From Bilabrum cf. latius (taxonomy: Eukaryota), in the NCBI GenBank assembly GCA_965178125.1, contig OZ237736.1, forward strand, positions 558,001 through 622,000: 64,000 nucleotides of DNA, written 5' to 3'. Position numbers and translations under genes: made by a program. The notes below the pieces were generated by a model, which was given only the letters and a program-made list of their open reading frames with translations, did no database searches and was not told where the DNA came from. This document shows positions 14,701 through 26,740 of this stretch, in pieces (positions within the stretch are counted from its first letter, which is position 1; each line of letters opens with the position of its first letter).

Positions 14701-16058
14701 TGGGTAGTGTCGGCTATCGCATCCAGCTCCCCTGTCTGCGTTCGTCGGTGGAGGCATACGCCGAAGACTGCAATACCGTCGGGGCGATGTGGATGCATCG
14801 GGGCGCCACGTGGGCACAGCTGCTTGCAGTGACGGCGATGATAGCCTGCAGCATGGTGTACGCGGTGTCATGTTGGTATGCTGTGTGCAGACTGCAGGCC
14901 TCGATTGACCTGGAGATCATCTCGGCGAGCGCGTGTCGGGTCTGCCGGATGGTGCTGCACTGGGTGCTTGCAGTGCAGCTGGTTCGAGCGCGGCTGGACG
15001 GGCCGGGTGACGTGTGGATCATAGCTCTGAGCCTGGGATTGGTATTGCGTGCGATCCTGATCGGATGCTGTAGAATGGACATTGCCAGTCGGTATGTGTT
15101 GGAATCAGGTGAACAGCAGTAGCACGGCAGAGCGGGTGCAGTCCATGATGGAAATCAGTACCGGCGCAGGGATGCAGTCGTTCCGGAACCTGGGCCAGCA
15201 ATCACTAGCAAGCATGACACGATCGACAATTTATCGAGTTGGGGTGATACGGATAACTCCACGGTGGTCGGAATTCGATTCGAGTCTAGTGGGCTACGCG
15301 GTGGTACTGCGGAAGACACTTTGGGAATACGAGGCAGCATATCATAGTCTCCAATTGACGGCAGACTGCGCCGTAGATTGCGTCGCATTGTGTCGACATT
15401 GTTGCTGGCGTACCCCGTGCGATTGGCATTTATCAGAGTGATGGCCGTGCTGGATTGGGACACCTAGCTGCTGCTAGCATCAAGTTGCGTACAGGGAGGC
15501 TCGGGGTTGCGGAACACTGACAGTCGCGAGGCCCCCCTCATTGAAGAAGCAGCGGCAGATCAGGATGATCTAGTTGGGTAGATGTTTGAAGAGATGCGTG
15601 AAGTTAATCCTGACGTGTAGACCAGAATGACGCCGCCAAATGTGGATGCGCTACCCGAGTCCCCGGCAGGCCGCAGAGCTGATTTGGGCTCAAGCTCGAG
15701 GACTCCAGCAGATCACTGTCATTCCGACTTACAAAATAAACTCTTTTAGGACGTTAGCATGCACGGCTGGTACATGCGGGTAGCGGAGGATCTTGTGCTG
15801 GTAGCTGTCCTGGTGTGGTCGGCGTTGTGCACTGCAGGCGCGTGCCGGTGGTCGATTTGCAGTTGGCAGGACATCGGGTCAATCGAGAGCGTGCCTCAGG
15901 AACTGGTGGCTTGGTAGCGAGTGCAAGAGGTTGGGTTGGTGTGGTCAGCTTGCCTGTGCGCAGCATTGATCTCGTTGGCTTGTATCGTTAGCACTGTACT
16001 CTGCGAGAACATGCCGCCCCAGGCTAAGTCAGCATTCGAATCGAGATTGGCTCGCTGA
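11739..16058 (+). CDS. Array gene copy 4 with a diverged C-terminal region
   Basis: Matches the other copies to ~15215, then alternates diverged and conserved blocks. The frame stays open (TAG only) to TGA 16056-16058. Confidence 0.75.
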
Positions 16059-16141
16059 GATAAAATCCTGTGGTGATAATGTAGTGCTACGCGCTTGGTT
16101 GTCCGTATGAATGCATTGGAAACAAACAAGTAGCTTCAGTT

Positions 16142-19100
16142 TTAGTCGCTGGTACAGTCCGCGTGATCAATGAACACCGCCGTGGCCACGGCTGGGCCCA
16201 TCAAGCGAAGCTCATCGTTGTACGCAGCCTCCATGCGAAATCGGAGGGACGTGCCGGAGGTCACCCCAAATGAAACATATACCCCGCCCGCCATTTGATC
16301 ACTATCAATGCGCTGTGGCGGGGCGATAGGCCTAAGGCTCGACAACTCCATCGCCTTGACCACCTGGGCTGCACCCGAACGATTCCAGTCGACAACATAC
16401 ACGGTGTACATGAGGCACGTCGCAGCCCCCTCAGGCTCATTGCTTACTACAAGATCGAAGAAAGCACTGCCACCCCCTCCAGAATTGCCAACGATCGAGG
16501 CAGAGCCTAGGGATTGGGCGTGCATCCCAGCCGGTAGTCGAGGGACTCGGGGGTCGTGGTCGCTTTTATCCACCGAGGACCTGTTGAAGACTGTGAAGCA
16601 CAGATTGGGCACAGATGTCGAGCGGCCTTCTCTCTAGCCTTCAGGAATGCTATCGCGGCGCAAGCTAGACTGGTCACAGGGAGACCTTGCTGGGTCGAAA
16701 GGGGGACCAAACACGCTCACACTTGAGGGTGCAGAGATACTCATAACGGGATTCTGCCATTGCCGCACATCAACGCATTGTCCTGACGGTGGCGGTGGAG
16801 ACGGGCACTATCCTGATCTGCACCAGTAGTCTCCATCGTCCCAGTTGATTCGATCGCAGTGCAAGTTCTCAGGAATGGCCCCATTCTCGAGCTGATCGTA
16901 CTTTGGAATGTAGTACGAAATGCGCCCGTCCGACGATAGGTTTCCAGTGGCACCAGTCCAGTCTCCGGCAGCGCTGGCAGTGAATGTGCTCGACCCAACC
17001 TCTTGTTTCACAGTGATTGGAGGTCCGGGCCTCTTGCTCCCGCGGTGGTATCCAGACCAAGTCCCATTAATGAAACACAGAGGCCCTTTTAAGACTGCAC
17101 TGCGCGGCATTGAAGTGCTTGAAATTCGCCCCGTGGTTGATTTTGAAGACGGCGAAATGCTACCATCGCTGCAATTCAGGTTCCACAGGCTGTAGCCCAG
17201 CTCGCCGTACTTCCCCTCCCAGCTCCCAGCTGTCACGTTGTCCGTGCCGATCACCCACCCAGCGTACCCTTCTGATGATAGATCGTCATTTCTTGTCAGG
17301 GCTGCTCGAAGCTAGGCCCGGCTTGCATGCACAGTGTATACCCTGCCAGTTTGAGGTGCTGCACAAGAACTCTCGTCATGGATCCACTCCAAGCGGAGGG
17401 CTGTGTGACCCTTCACAGAGGATACGACTCCAAACAGTCCGTGGTTGTCATGCAAAGAATGATTGCTTTGAACAAGCCAGCTGGAGCTAGCAGTCCTGTG
17501 GGAGTTGCGCACTCGAAGACACGCTGCACCGAGCAGCGGTACGTAAACCTCGCCTGTCGTTCCGGCTGGGCTGTCAATCTCGAGCGTCCCAGCCGAAGTG
17601 TCGACAGAAAACGAGATCGTCCCATGAGGAGTGGGGGATGATCCATTCACAAAGTCCAGCATTTCGGTACAATGCTGAGACGTGATGTTCTGCGTGTTTT
17701 TGGATCGCAAGAGCCACGGCTTTGCCTGCCAGCGGCGCCACCCTGGCTCGATTGGAGACAGACCCAAGGCGTTTTTGCTTAGCCATGCAGTCTATCCGGC
17801 CCCCCAGTTGTGGCACAGGGACGTTCGTTGGTTGAGAGTGTTCGGTGGAGCGTCAAGGTGCTGCATCCAGCCGGACCACTGCCAATCATATCTCTCCCAC
17901 GTGCAGTAGGCTCCTGTCTGGTTTGGCAACAGGAACCACTCTCTGCGAACAAGATCCAGGGCCTCTTTACCCAGTCCTGCCGCCGAAAGTCCACGCAGAA
18001 TGAAGTACGTTGAGAAAGGCGAGTGGGATGGCAGCATAGTTGGGTTGGAGAGCGTCTCCACAAGGACTTGTCGCTGTTGGCTGTTGATGCTGACTCCCGA
18101 GTGCAGAGCAGACGCCGCAGCATGGACCCCGAGCGACAAGTACCAGTCGTTGGGTATATGATGCCGCGTTATGTCCCACAGTTTAGTGGCGTTTGCACTG
18201 AGTGCAGCAGCGGTTGCACTGTCTCCGCCCTTCTGGTACGCTGCCGCGGCTGCTCGCATCGCTGCAACCGCCGAAAACCTGTACACGGATTGGGCCTCGG
18301 GGATGCTGCTTTGCTCGAACCCAAAGCCGATGCGGTCGTCGTCACCCACGAACACGAGGTCAAGCGTTCCATTCAGCGATCCCTGCAGGTTGTCCATTGC
18401 CTGGGAGGCCCGTCGCACCACGAAAGGCTGCATCTCTCGGAGGAAGGTCTAGTTGCCGGTGTGCATGTACACCTCGGCAACCATCTCCATCCATAGGTTC
18501 CAGTACCACTAAATATCGTCGTCATGTTGCCAATTGGAGCTCTTGATAACGTTCAACTCCATAAACTTCTGCTACCCAGCGAATACGGATGCCAGCGTGG
18601 CAAGTCCGCCCGATCCCCTCGGTTGATGAGCTGCGACATAGGCGAAAAAATGAGAAACGGGTTCGTAGAGTGGCTCGCTTAGTTCTATTTGAAATGAAAT
18701 GCATCGTGCTGTCACGGTGGTGTTGCAGTGGCCGATAAAGACCCAATTCCTTGCTCTCAGCGCACAGCTACTCCTCACCTCGCTGGTCAGTGTGTCTGCC
18801 AGCATAGTAGTACGGAGAGTGTCTGCACCTAGGTACCATGCCCTTGTCAACTGCGGGTCGCTGCTCGAAAAGCGGCCTTCTCTGTTTGCCGGTCGCACCT
18901 GGCACACTAGCCGAGCCCCTGTGATCGTCCATGTCTTGCCCGTGCTAGACGCAGGGGCGATGATTCGAGCCACCCGGGCGCCATCAAATAGCTCTGGGTT
19001 AGGCTTACCACCCTGTGCCGTGTCTTCCAATCGGTACACGCCAGGCAATGGCTGGTTCGGTGGCATTGGGACGTTCGAGCAGGCGAAATCCTCACCAAGG

Positions 19101-19543
19101 AGCGACGTGAGCTTGGCGCCCAAGTCGGCACGCGCGAGGTCTGGAGAATCAAACTCAAACCAACCGGCACATTCAGCGGGGAACTCGAGTCGAAGAACAG
19201 TTCCATTTGTACCAACGGTCGCTGCTGCTCCAGGATCTTTGTGCAGAAGGCTGGAGGCGTTCAGAACCGAGCCGGATTCAACTAGAAATGCCACTGGTCT
19301 CATTGCAAAAACTTGTAGCTTCTAAATGCCTGGCATGGGCTGGATCTGCGACCATTGCCAGCCATCGAGTGGATCCTTGGATGCCCCCACAGGCGCACTT
19401 GTTGACGAGTTGAAACTACCACCCGACACCGGACCATAGGGCTCAATTTCGAGGTGGGGAGGTGATAATTCAAGCCACTGAGGAGGAGTAAACCCATGGA
19501 CAGCACACGCTACAACGAATAGAATCAGGGTACGGCACAGCAT
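16142..19543 (-). CDS. Secreted GH78 (alpha-L-rhamnosidase)-like glycoside hydrolase; probable intron 18631-18778; apparent frameshift near 18608 (possible pseudogene)
   Basis: Signal peptide MLCRTLILFVVACAVHG. Family-like motifs FSSSDPQLTRAWYLGADT, (L)INRGDR, GAYCTWERY and SLCHNWGAG.TAWL..ALGLSPIEPGW. ORFs 19322, 18572, 17792, 17312, 16808 and 16142 are in one frame joined by TAG. Ends at TAA 16142-16144. Confidence 0.7.
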
Positions 19544-19703
19544 TGGTCCCGGATTCTCCAACTGCAACTGGGTTCGCATTGTGAAGTGATTGAAGCAAAG
19601 CGGTGATCTGCGCCCCTTGATCAGACACAAGGAATCATACAACAACTTCTAGTGTTGCCGGATCTAGGCAGCAATCGCACCCGACAATGCACTGGCGGAA
19701 ACT

Positions 19704-20207
19704 ATGCCGCATATCTACGATCTATTCGGCTTGCTCAAACTACACGTAACCTGCTTTCGCAACGAGGCCGAAGACGCACTCACTCGGATAGAGCGTACGA
19801 TTGCGCGGTCATCGGAACGGACAGCTGTCAAGGAGCTGGCCAACCGAGTGGTGCAGGTGATCAGGAACCAGCTGCGCTAGCAGGAGTAGCTGACGTGCAG
19901 GCAGTGGATGCGAGGCGATGCGGCGGCTGCTCTTGCCGCCACGGCCACGCAAGAGCTGATAGCGGCAACCAATGCGAACGCTCGGCTACAGCGACGGATG
20001 TTTAAGCCCCACGGCTTGCTAAGGGACATAGAGAGGCAATGGGCCAAAGGCATGAGCGCGTGCATGCTAGCCTCTCTGAAGGACCGTGAGACGCAGAGAC
20101 GGTCATGGAGGAGGAAATGGTGGGTCCCGGCAGGGGACCCTGATGTGGGACTGGACCGCGCTTTGTGCCGGGCACATGCTCCGCACCTGTATGCTTTCTC
20201 CCTGTGA
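19704..20207 (+). CDS. Hypothetical protein, 167 aa (TAG=Gln)
   Basis: ATG 19704 is open to TGA 20205-20207 if TAG 19878 and 19887 are read through (RNQLR-q-QE-q-LTCR). Divergent from the GH78-like gene. No recognisable domain. Confidence 0.45.
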
Positions 20208-20427
20208 AGGCATCAGGCTGAGGGCTTGTGGGGGACCACATTGATGGCGAATAAAGGGGACTCGGCGGTGTAGGCTGAGATTGGGGGGCCTTTGGCCTGA
20301 AAGGGTCGGGGGTCTTGTAGTCCTTGTTTGAGGACTCCTCTGGATTCAGGTGATCACTCGAACTCCTTCGGGGGCAACGGTGCATCTGGGTGCTTGTGGA
20401 ATCTTTACCCAACAATGTATTTCTGTA

Positions 20428-23400
20428 TTAAGGATATTATATATAGACACGCTCCCACCCTACTTTGACAATTGGACCTAGCGCCCCGCACGCGCGCCGG
20501 ACCCGGCATCGGACCCCAACCAAGCATTTTTAATCACGCATCCGCAACTTTGTGTGCCAGTCGGCTTCACGCCCTCCGCTGGGAAAGCGCATGCCGGGGC
20601 GAAAAACCTCGAGAATTCCGTCGGCAGCAAGCCGAAATCGGACGTCCGGGGACCTTGCTCGCGAACGAGGACCTAACTCGAAAATTCATCAGGTAGAAAG
20701 GTGCGCACACACACAAACATTGCAACGCACCCAGCGGCATCTCCAAGCGCCCGGCCCGCAACCCGGCAAACAGGATCGTCATTTTCGCCAAAAGCTGCAA
20801 CATGCCTCGCCAACCCGCCCCGCCGCCCCGCCGGATCGCTAGATTGAGACCTGAAGTTACTTAGGCGCCGTACTCCGACGCGCTCCGACGCTGGCAATGC
20901 ACCGGAAATTTGCCCCGACGGCCGAGCCCGAAACCGATTTCCACTCATCTTCCTGAGCGGCCCGACCATCCGAAATCTGGACCTCGCTGCTCGCATAGAG
21001 ATCAGACGGTGCCCGCACCAGCACCATTGCGTTGGGACAGATATTGGCTCCACGATGCACGACTGCTGCGTTCCAACACTGCGTGTGGCAGTCGGTTGCT
21101 CGAGGTTCATGCATCGCTGCAAGGCGAGAGTGTGTTTCAGGAATTCATCTTCGCCGCTCGGCAACGCCACCGTGACGTGGCGATTTCCTGTACACGACTG
21201 GGATACGTGGCGATGCTCAGAAGAGCTGTGACTTACACCACAATACCAACAAGTCGTGTAAAGATCAAGTTAAACTGAACTTGCTGGCTCGCAGCTTTGG
21301 TGCGTTCGTGTGTACAACACTGGGTACTACGACGATGCCGTGGCAGTGACAACCTGTGGAAGTGAGCGACCCCGGCAACCCTGCGCGCACACGTTCAAAC
21401 GCCATGGCTATAGATTGCATACTATGTTTGTTGCAACAATGTCTGCACGAAATATCGTAGGGCAGCAGCCGGCAAGGCCATTCATCCGGCTCCCCCCAGG
21501 CCTTCCACCGGACCAGCTTGCGACCAGCTGTGCGACCACCCTGCGAGTCACGCCCGCGCTGGGCTTCCCTCGCTTCGGGACAAGGCGCGCCCTGCTCCCG
21601 GCCCCTTCCCCCCTATAAGACAGACGGGGGAAGGGGCCTAAGGCCATGTCTAGTTAGGGATATTATATATAGACACGCTCCCACCCTACCTTGGCAATTG
21701 GACCCAGCGCCCCGCACGCCCGCCGGACCCGGCATCGGACCCCAACCAAGCATTTGATATCACGCATCCGCAACTTTATATGCCAGTCGGCTTCACGCTC
21801 ACCGCTGGGAAAGCGCATGCCGGGGCGGATTTGGTGCTCGGCGGCCGTCGGCACAAGGCCCAAAACCCACGTTCCGGCACTTTTCTCGCGAACGAGGACC
21901 TAACTCAAAAATGTGCTCTTGCGCTTCCGAGCGCATTCAGATGTAATTCGATATGCACCCAGCGGCTGCGCCCGCCGACGGGCGTGAAGCCCAGATAACT
22001 TTTTCGTCGTTTTGGCAACCTGCGCCAACCGACCACGGCGCGCAGCCCCGCCGCCCCGGCGGATCGCCAGATTGAATCCTTAAGATTCCTCGGCGTCGCA
22101 CTCCGACGCGCTCCGACGCTGGCAATGCACCGGTAATCTGGCCTGAAATCGGGGCCCGAAACCGATTTTCACTCATCTTCCTGAGCGGCCCGACCATCCG
22201 AAATCTGGACCTCGCTGCTCGCAGGGAGATCAGACGGCGTCCGCACCAGCGCCATTGCATTGGGACAGATATTGGCTCCACGATGCACGACTGCTGCGTT
22301 CCAACTCTGTGTGTGGCAGTCGGTTGCTCGAGGTGCATGCATCGCTGCGAGGCGAGTGTGTGTTTCAGGAATTCATCTTCGCCGCTCGGCAACGCCACCG
22401 TGACGTGGCGATTTCCTGTACACGACTGGGATACGTGGCGATGCTCAGAAGAACTGTGACTTACACCACAATACCAACAAGTCGTGCAAAGATCAAGTTA
22501 AACTGAACTTGCTGGCTCGCAGCTTTGGTGCGTTCGTGTGTACAACACTGGGTGCTACGACGATGCCGTGGCAGTGACAACCTGTGGAAGTGAGCGACCC
22601 CGGCAACCCTGCGCGCACACGTTCAAACGCCATGGCTATAGATTGCATACTATGTTTGTTGCAACAATGTCTGCACGAAATATCGTAGGGCAGCAGCCGG
22701 CAAGGCCATTCATCCGGCTCCCCCCAGGCCTCCCACCGGACCAGCTTGCGACCAGCTGCGCGACCACGCTGCGAGTCACGCCCGCGCTGGGCTTCCCTCG
22801 CTTCGGGACGAGACGCGGCCTGCTCCCGGCCCCTTCCCCCCTATAAGACAGACGGGGGAAGGGGCCTAAGGCCATGTCTAGTTAAGGATATTATATATAG
22901 GCTCGCTACCGCAGTGCCTTGACAATTGGATTTCGCGCCGCGCACGCGCGCCGGACCCGGCATCGGACCCCAACCAAACACTTTGCTTCACGCATGCGCA
23001 ACTTTTCGTGCCAGTCGGCTTCACGCTCACCACTGGGAAAGCGCATGCCGGGGCGGATTTGGTGCTCGGCGGCCGTCGGCACCGGGCCCAAAAACCACGT
23101 TCCGGCACTTTTCTCGCGAACGAGGACCTAACTCAAAAATGTGCTCTTGCGCTTCCGAGCGCATTCAGATGTAATATGATATGCACCCAGCGGCTGCGCC
23201 CGCCGACGAGCGTGAGGCCCAGATAACTTTTTCGTCGTTTTGGCAACCTGCGCCAACCGACCATTGTGCGCAGCTCCGCCGCCCCGGCGGATCGCCAGAT
23301 TGAATCCTTAAGTTTCCTCGGCGTCGCACTCCGACGCGCTCCGACGCTGGCAATGCACCGGTAATCTGGCCTGAAATCGGACCCCGAAACCGATTTTCAC

Positions 23401-26400
23401 TCATCTTCCTGAGCGGCCCGACCATCCGAAATCTGGACCTCGCTGCTCACAGGGAGACCAGACGGCGCCCGCACCAGCTCCATTGCGTTGGGACAGATAT
23501 TGGCTCCACGATGCGTGACTGCTGCGTTCCAACACTGTGTGTGGCAGTCGGTTGCTCGAGGTGCATGCATCGCTGCAAGGCGAGTGTGTGTTTCAGGAAT
23601 TCATCTTCGCCGCTCGGCAACGCCACCGTGACGTGGCGATTTCCTGGACACGACTGGGATACGTGGCGATGCTCACAAGAGCTGTGACTTACACCGCAAT
23701 ACCAACAAGTCTTGCAAAGATCGTGTTCAACTTAGCTTGCTGCATACCTTCAGCTCGCAGCTTTACTGTGGTCGAGTGTACAACACTGGGTACGACGGTG
23801 CCGTGGCAGTGACAACCCGTGACGGTGAGCGACTCCGACAACCCTGCGCGCACACGTTCAAATTCAATGGCTGTAGATTGCATATTACATTTGTCAGTTA
23901 TTGCAACAATGCCTGCACGAAATATCGTAGGGCAGCAGCCGGCAAGGCCATTCATCCGGCTCCCCCCAGGCCTCCCACCGGACCAGCTTGCGACCAGCTG
24001 CGCGACCACCCTGCGAGTCACGCCCGCGCTGGGCTTCCCTCGCTTCGGGACAAGGCGCGCCCTGTTCCCGGCCCCTTCCCCCCTATAAGACAGACGGGGG
24101 AAGGGGCCTAAGGTCATGTCTAGTTAGGGATATTATATATAGACACGCTCCCACCCTACCTTGGCACAAGGATTTAGCGCCGCGCACACGCACCGGACCC
24201 GGCATCGGACCCCAACCAAGCATTTGATATCACGCATCCGCAACTTTATGTGCCAGTCGGCTTCACGCCCACCGCTGGGAAAGCGCATGCCGGGGCGAAA
24301 AACCTCGAGAATTCCGTCGGCAGCAAGCCGAAATCGGACGTCCGGGGACCTTGCTCGCGAACGAGGACCTAACTCGAAAATTCCTCTTGCAAATCTCTGC
24401 GTATTTCGACAATCATTGCAACGCACCCTCTGGCAGCGGCAGCCGCTGGGCGGGCAATGCTGCAAAACTTTCCGTCGTTTTCGCGATTCGCTCTGCTCGA
24501 CCACGCCAACCCGCCCCGCCGCCCCGCCGGATCGCTAGATTGAGACCTGAAGTAACCTAGGCGCCGCGCTCCGACGAGCTCCGACGCTGGCAATGCATTG
24601 GAAATTTGCCCCGACGGCCGAGCCCGAAACCGATTTCCACTCATCTTCCTGAGCGGCCCGACCATCCGAAATCTGGACCTCGCTGCTCGCAGGGCGGCCA
24701 GACGGTGCCCGCACGAGCGCCATTGTATTGGGACAGATATTGGCTCCACGATGCGTGACTGCGGCATTCCAACACTGTGTGTGGCAGTCGGTTGCTCGAG
24801 GTGCATGCATCGCTGCAAGGCGAGTGTGTGTTTCAGGAATTCATCTTCGCTGATCGGCAACGCCACCGTGACGTGGCGATTTCCTGGACACGACTGGGAT
24901 ACGTGGCGATGCTCAGAAGAGCTGTGACTTCTACCACAATACCAACAAGTCGTGTAGAGATCGAGTTAAACTAAACTTGCTGCATATACCATCGGCTCGC
25001 AGCTTGAGTGCGGTCGAGTGTACAACACTGGGTACGACGGTGCCGTGGCAGTGACAACCTGCGGAAGTGAGCGACCCCGACAACCCTGCGCGCACACGTT
25101 CATACGCCGTGGCTATGGATTGCATAAATGCAACAATGCCTGCACGAAATATCGTAAGGCAGCGGCCGGCAAGGCCATTCATCCGGCTCCCCCCAGGCCT
25201 CCCACCGGACCAGCTTGCGACCAGCTGCGCGACCACGCTGCGAGTCACGCCCGCGCTGGGCTTCCCTCGCTTCGGGACGAGGTGCGCCCTGCTCCCGGCC
25301 CCTTCCCCCCTATAAGGCAGACGGGGGAAGGGGCCTAAGGCCATGTCTAGTTAAGGATATTATATATAGGCTCGCTCCCACCCTACCTTGGCACAAGGAT
25401 TTAGCGCCGCGCACGCGCGCCGGACCCGGCATCGGACCCCCACCAAACATTTGCTATCACGCATCCGCAACTTTTCGTGCCAGTCGGCTTCACGCCCACC
25501 GCTGGGAAAGCGCATGCCGGGGCGAAAAACCTCGAGAATTCCGTCGGCAGCAAGCCGAAATCGGACGTCCGGGGACCTTGCTCGCGAACGAGGACCTAAC
25601 TCGAAAATTCCTCTTGCAAATCTCTGCGTATTTCGACAATCATTGCAACGCACCCTCTGGCAGCGGCATCCGCTGGGCGGGCAATGCTGCAAAACTTTCC
25701 GTCGTTTTCGCGATTCGCTCTGCTCGACCACGCCAACCCGCCCCGCCGCCCCGCCGGATCGCTAGATTGAGACCTGAAGTAACCTACGCGCCGCGCCCCG
25801 ACGAGCTCCGACGCTGGCAATGCATCGGAAATTTGCCCCGACGGCCGAGCCCGAAACCGATTTCCACTCATCTTCCTGAGCGGCCCGACCATCCGAAATC
25901 TGGACCTCGCTGCTCGCAGGGCGGCCAGACGGTGCCCGCACGAGCGCCATTGTATTGGGACAGATATTGGCTCCACGATGCACGACTGCGGCATTCCAAC
26001 ACTGTGTGTGGCAGTCGGTTGCTCGAGGTGCATGCATCGCTGCAAGGCGAGTGTGTGTTTCAGGAATTCATCTTCGCTGATCGGCAACGCCACCGTGACG
26101 TGGCGATTTCCTGGACACGACTGGGATACGTGGCGATGCTCAGAAGAGCTGTGACTTCTACCACAATACCAACAAGTCGTGTAGAGATCGAGTTAAACTT
26201 AACTTGCTGCATATACCATCGGCTCGCAGCTTGAGTGCAGTCGAGTGTACAACACTGGGTACGACGGTGCCGTGGCAGTGACCACCCGTGACGGTGAGCG
26301 ACCCCGGCAACCCTGCGCGCACACGTTCATATGTCATGGCTATAGATTGCATATCATGTTTAATGCAACAATGTCTGCACGAAATATCGTAGGGCAGCAG

Positions 26401-26585
26401 CCGGCAAGGCCGTACATCCGGCTCCCCCCAGGCCTCCCACCGGACCAGCTTGCGACCAGCTGTGCGACCACCCTGCGAGTCACGCCCGGCCTGGGCTTCC
26501 CTCGCTCCGGGACGAGACGCGCCCTGCTCCCGGCCCCTTCCCCCCTATAAGACAGACGGGGGAAGGGGCCTAAGGCCATGTCTAG
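20428..26585 (+). mobile_element. Head-to-tail array of five ~1.23-kb non-autonomous Helitron-like elements
   Basis: Units are 20428-21653, 21654-22881, 22882-24123, 24124-25350 and 25351-26585. Each starts TTA(A/G)GGATATTATATATAG and ends with a 13-bp GC hairpin, 11 nt, then CTAG. The array sits between a host A and T. The repeat itself is certain; the Helitron call rests on the termini. Confidence 0.7.
21600..21653 (+). other. 3' hairpin plus CTAG terminus of repeat unit 1 (present in all 5 units)
   Basis: GGCCCCTTCCCCC (21600-21612), 13-nt loop, GGGGGAAGGGGCC (21626-21638), TAAGGCCATGT, CTAG (21650-21653). Confidence 0.9.
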
Positions 26586-26740
26586 TTTTCTGTATTTTCT
26601 GAGGCCTCGAAGACTGCTTCAGGAATACACCAAAATAAACAAGACAGGCCCTACTAGTAAACCTTCTAGCAAATGCTATCGTCCACAGCAAGCGACGGTA
26701 TGCTCCACTGCTGAGAGAGGTCCTCGTGTCAGCCAGTACT

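Larger units (their letters stand above)
1..16058 (+). repeat. Tandem gene array, 4,535-bp period (about 3.5 periods in the window, open at the left edge)
   Basis: Near-identical sequence recurs at +4535 (e.g. ATGCCGTATGTC at 4181, 8716, 13251). The last copy diverges in blocks from ~15215. Confidence 0.98.

Noticed and set aside
20428-26585. rDNA/5S array, CRISPR array, or protein-coding repeat (e.g. the MALPSGEDEF ORFs)
   Set aside because: No recognisable rRNA or repeat-spacer structure. The ORFs vary in length between units and have no recognisable domain.
20421-26596. 9-bp target-site duplication (TTCTGTATT) flanking the 1.23-kb array, suggesting a Mutator-like element
   Set aside because: There are no terminal inverted repeats. 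The reconstructed empty site is itself a short (TTTTCTGTA) tandem repeat, and the internal junctions define TT...CTAG ends. Not fully excluded.
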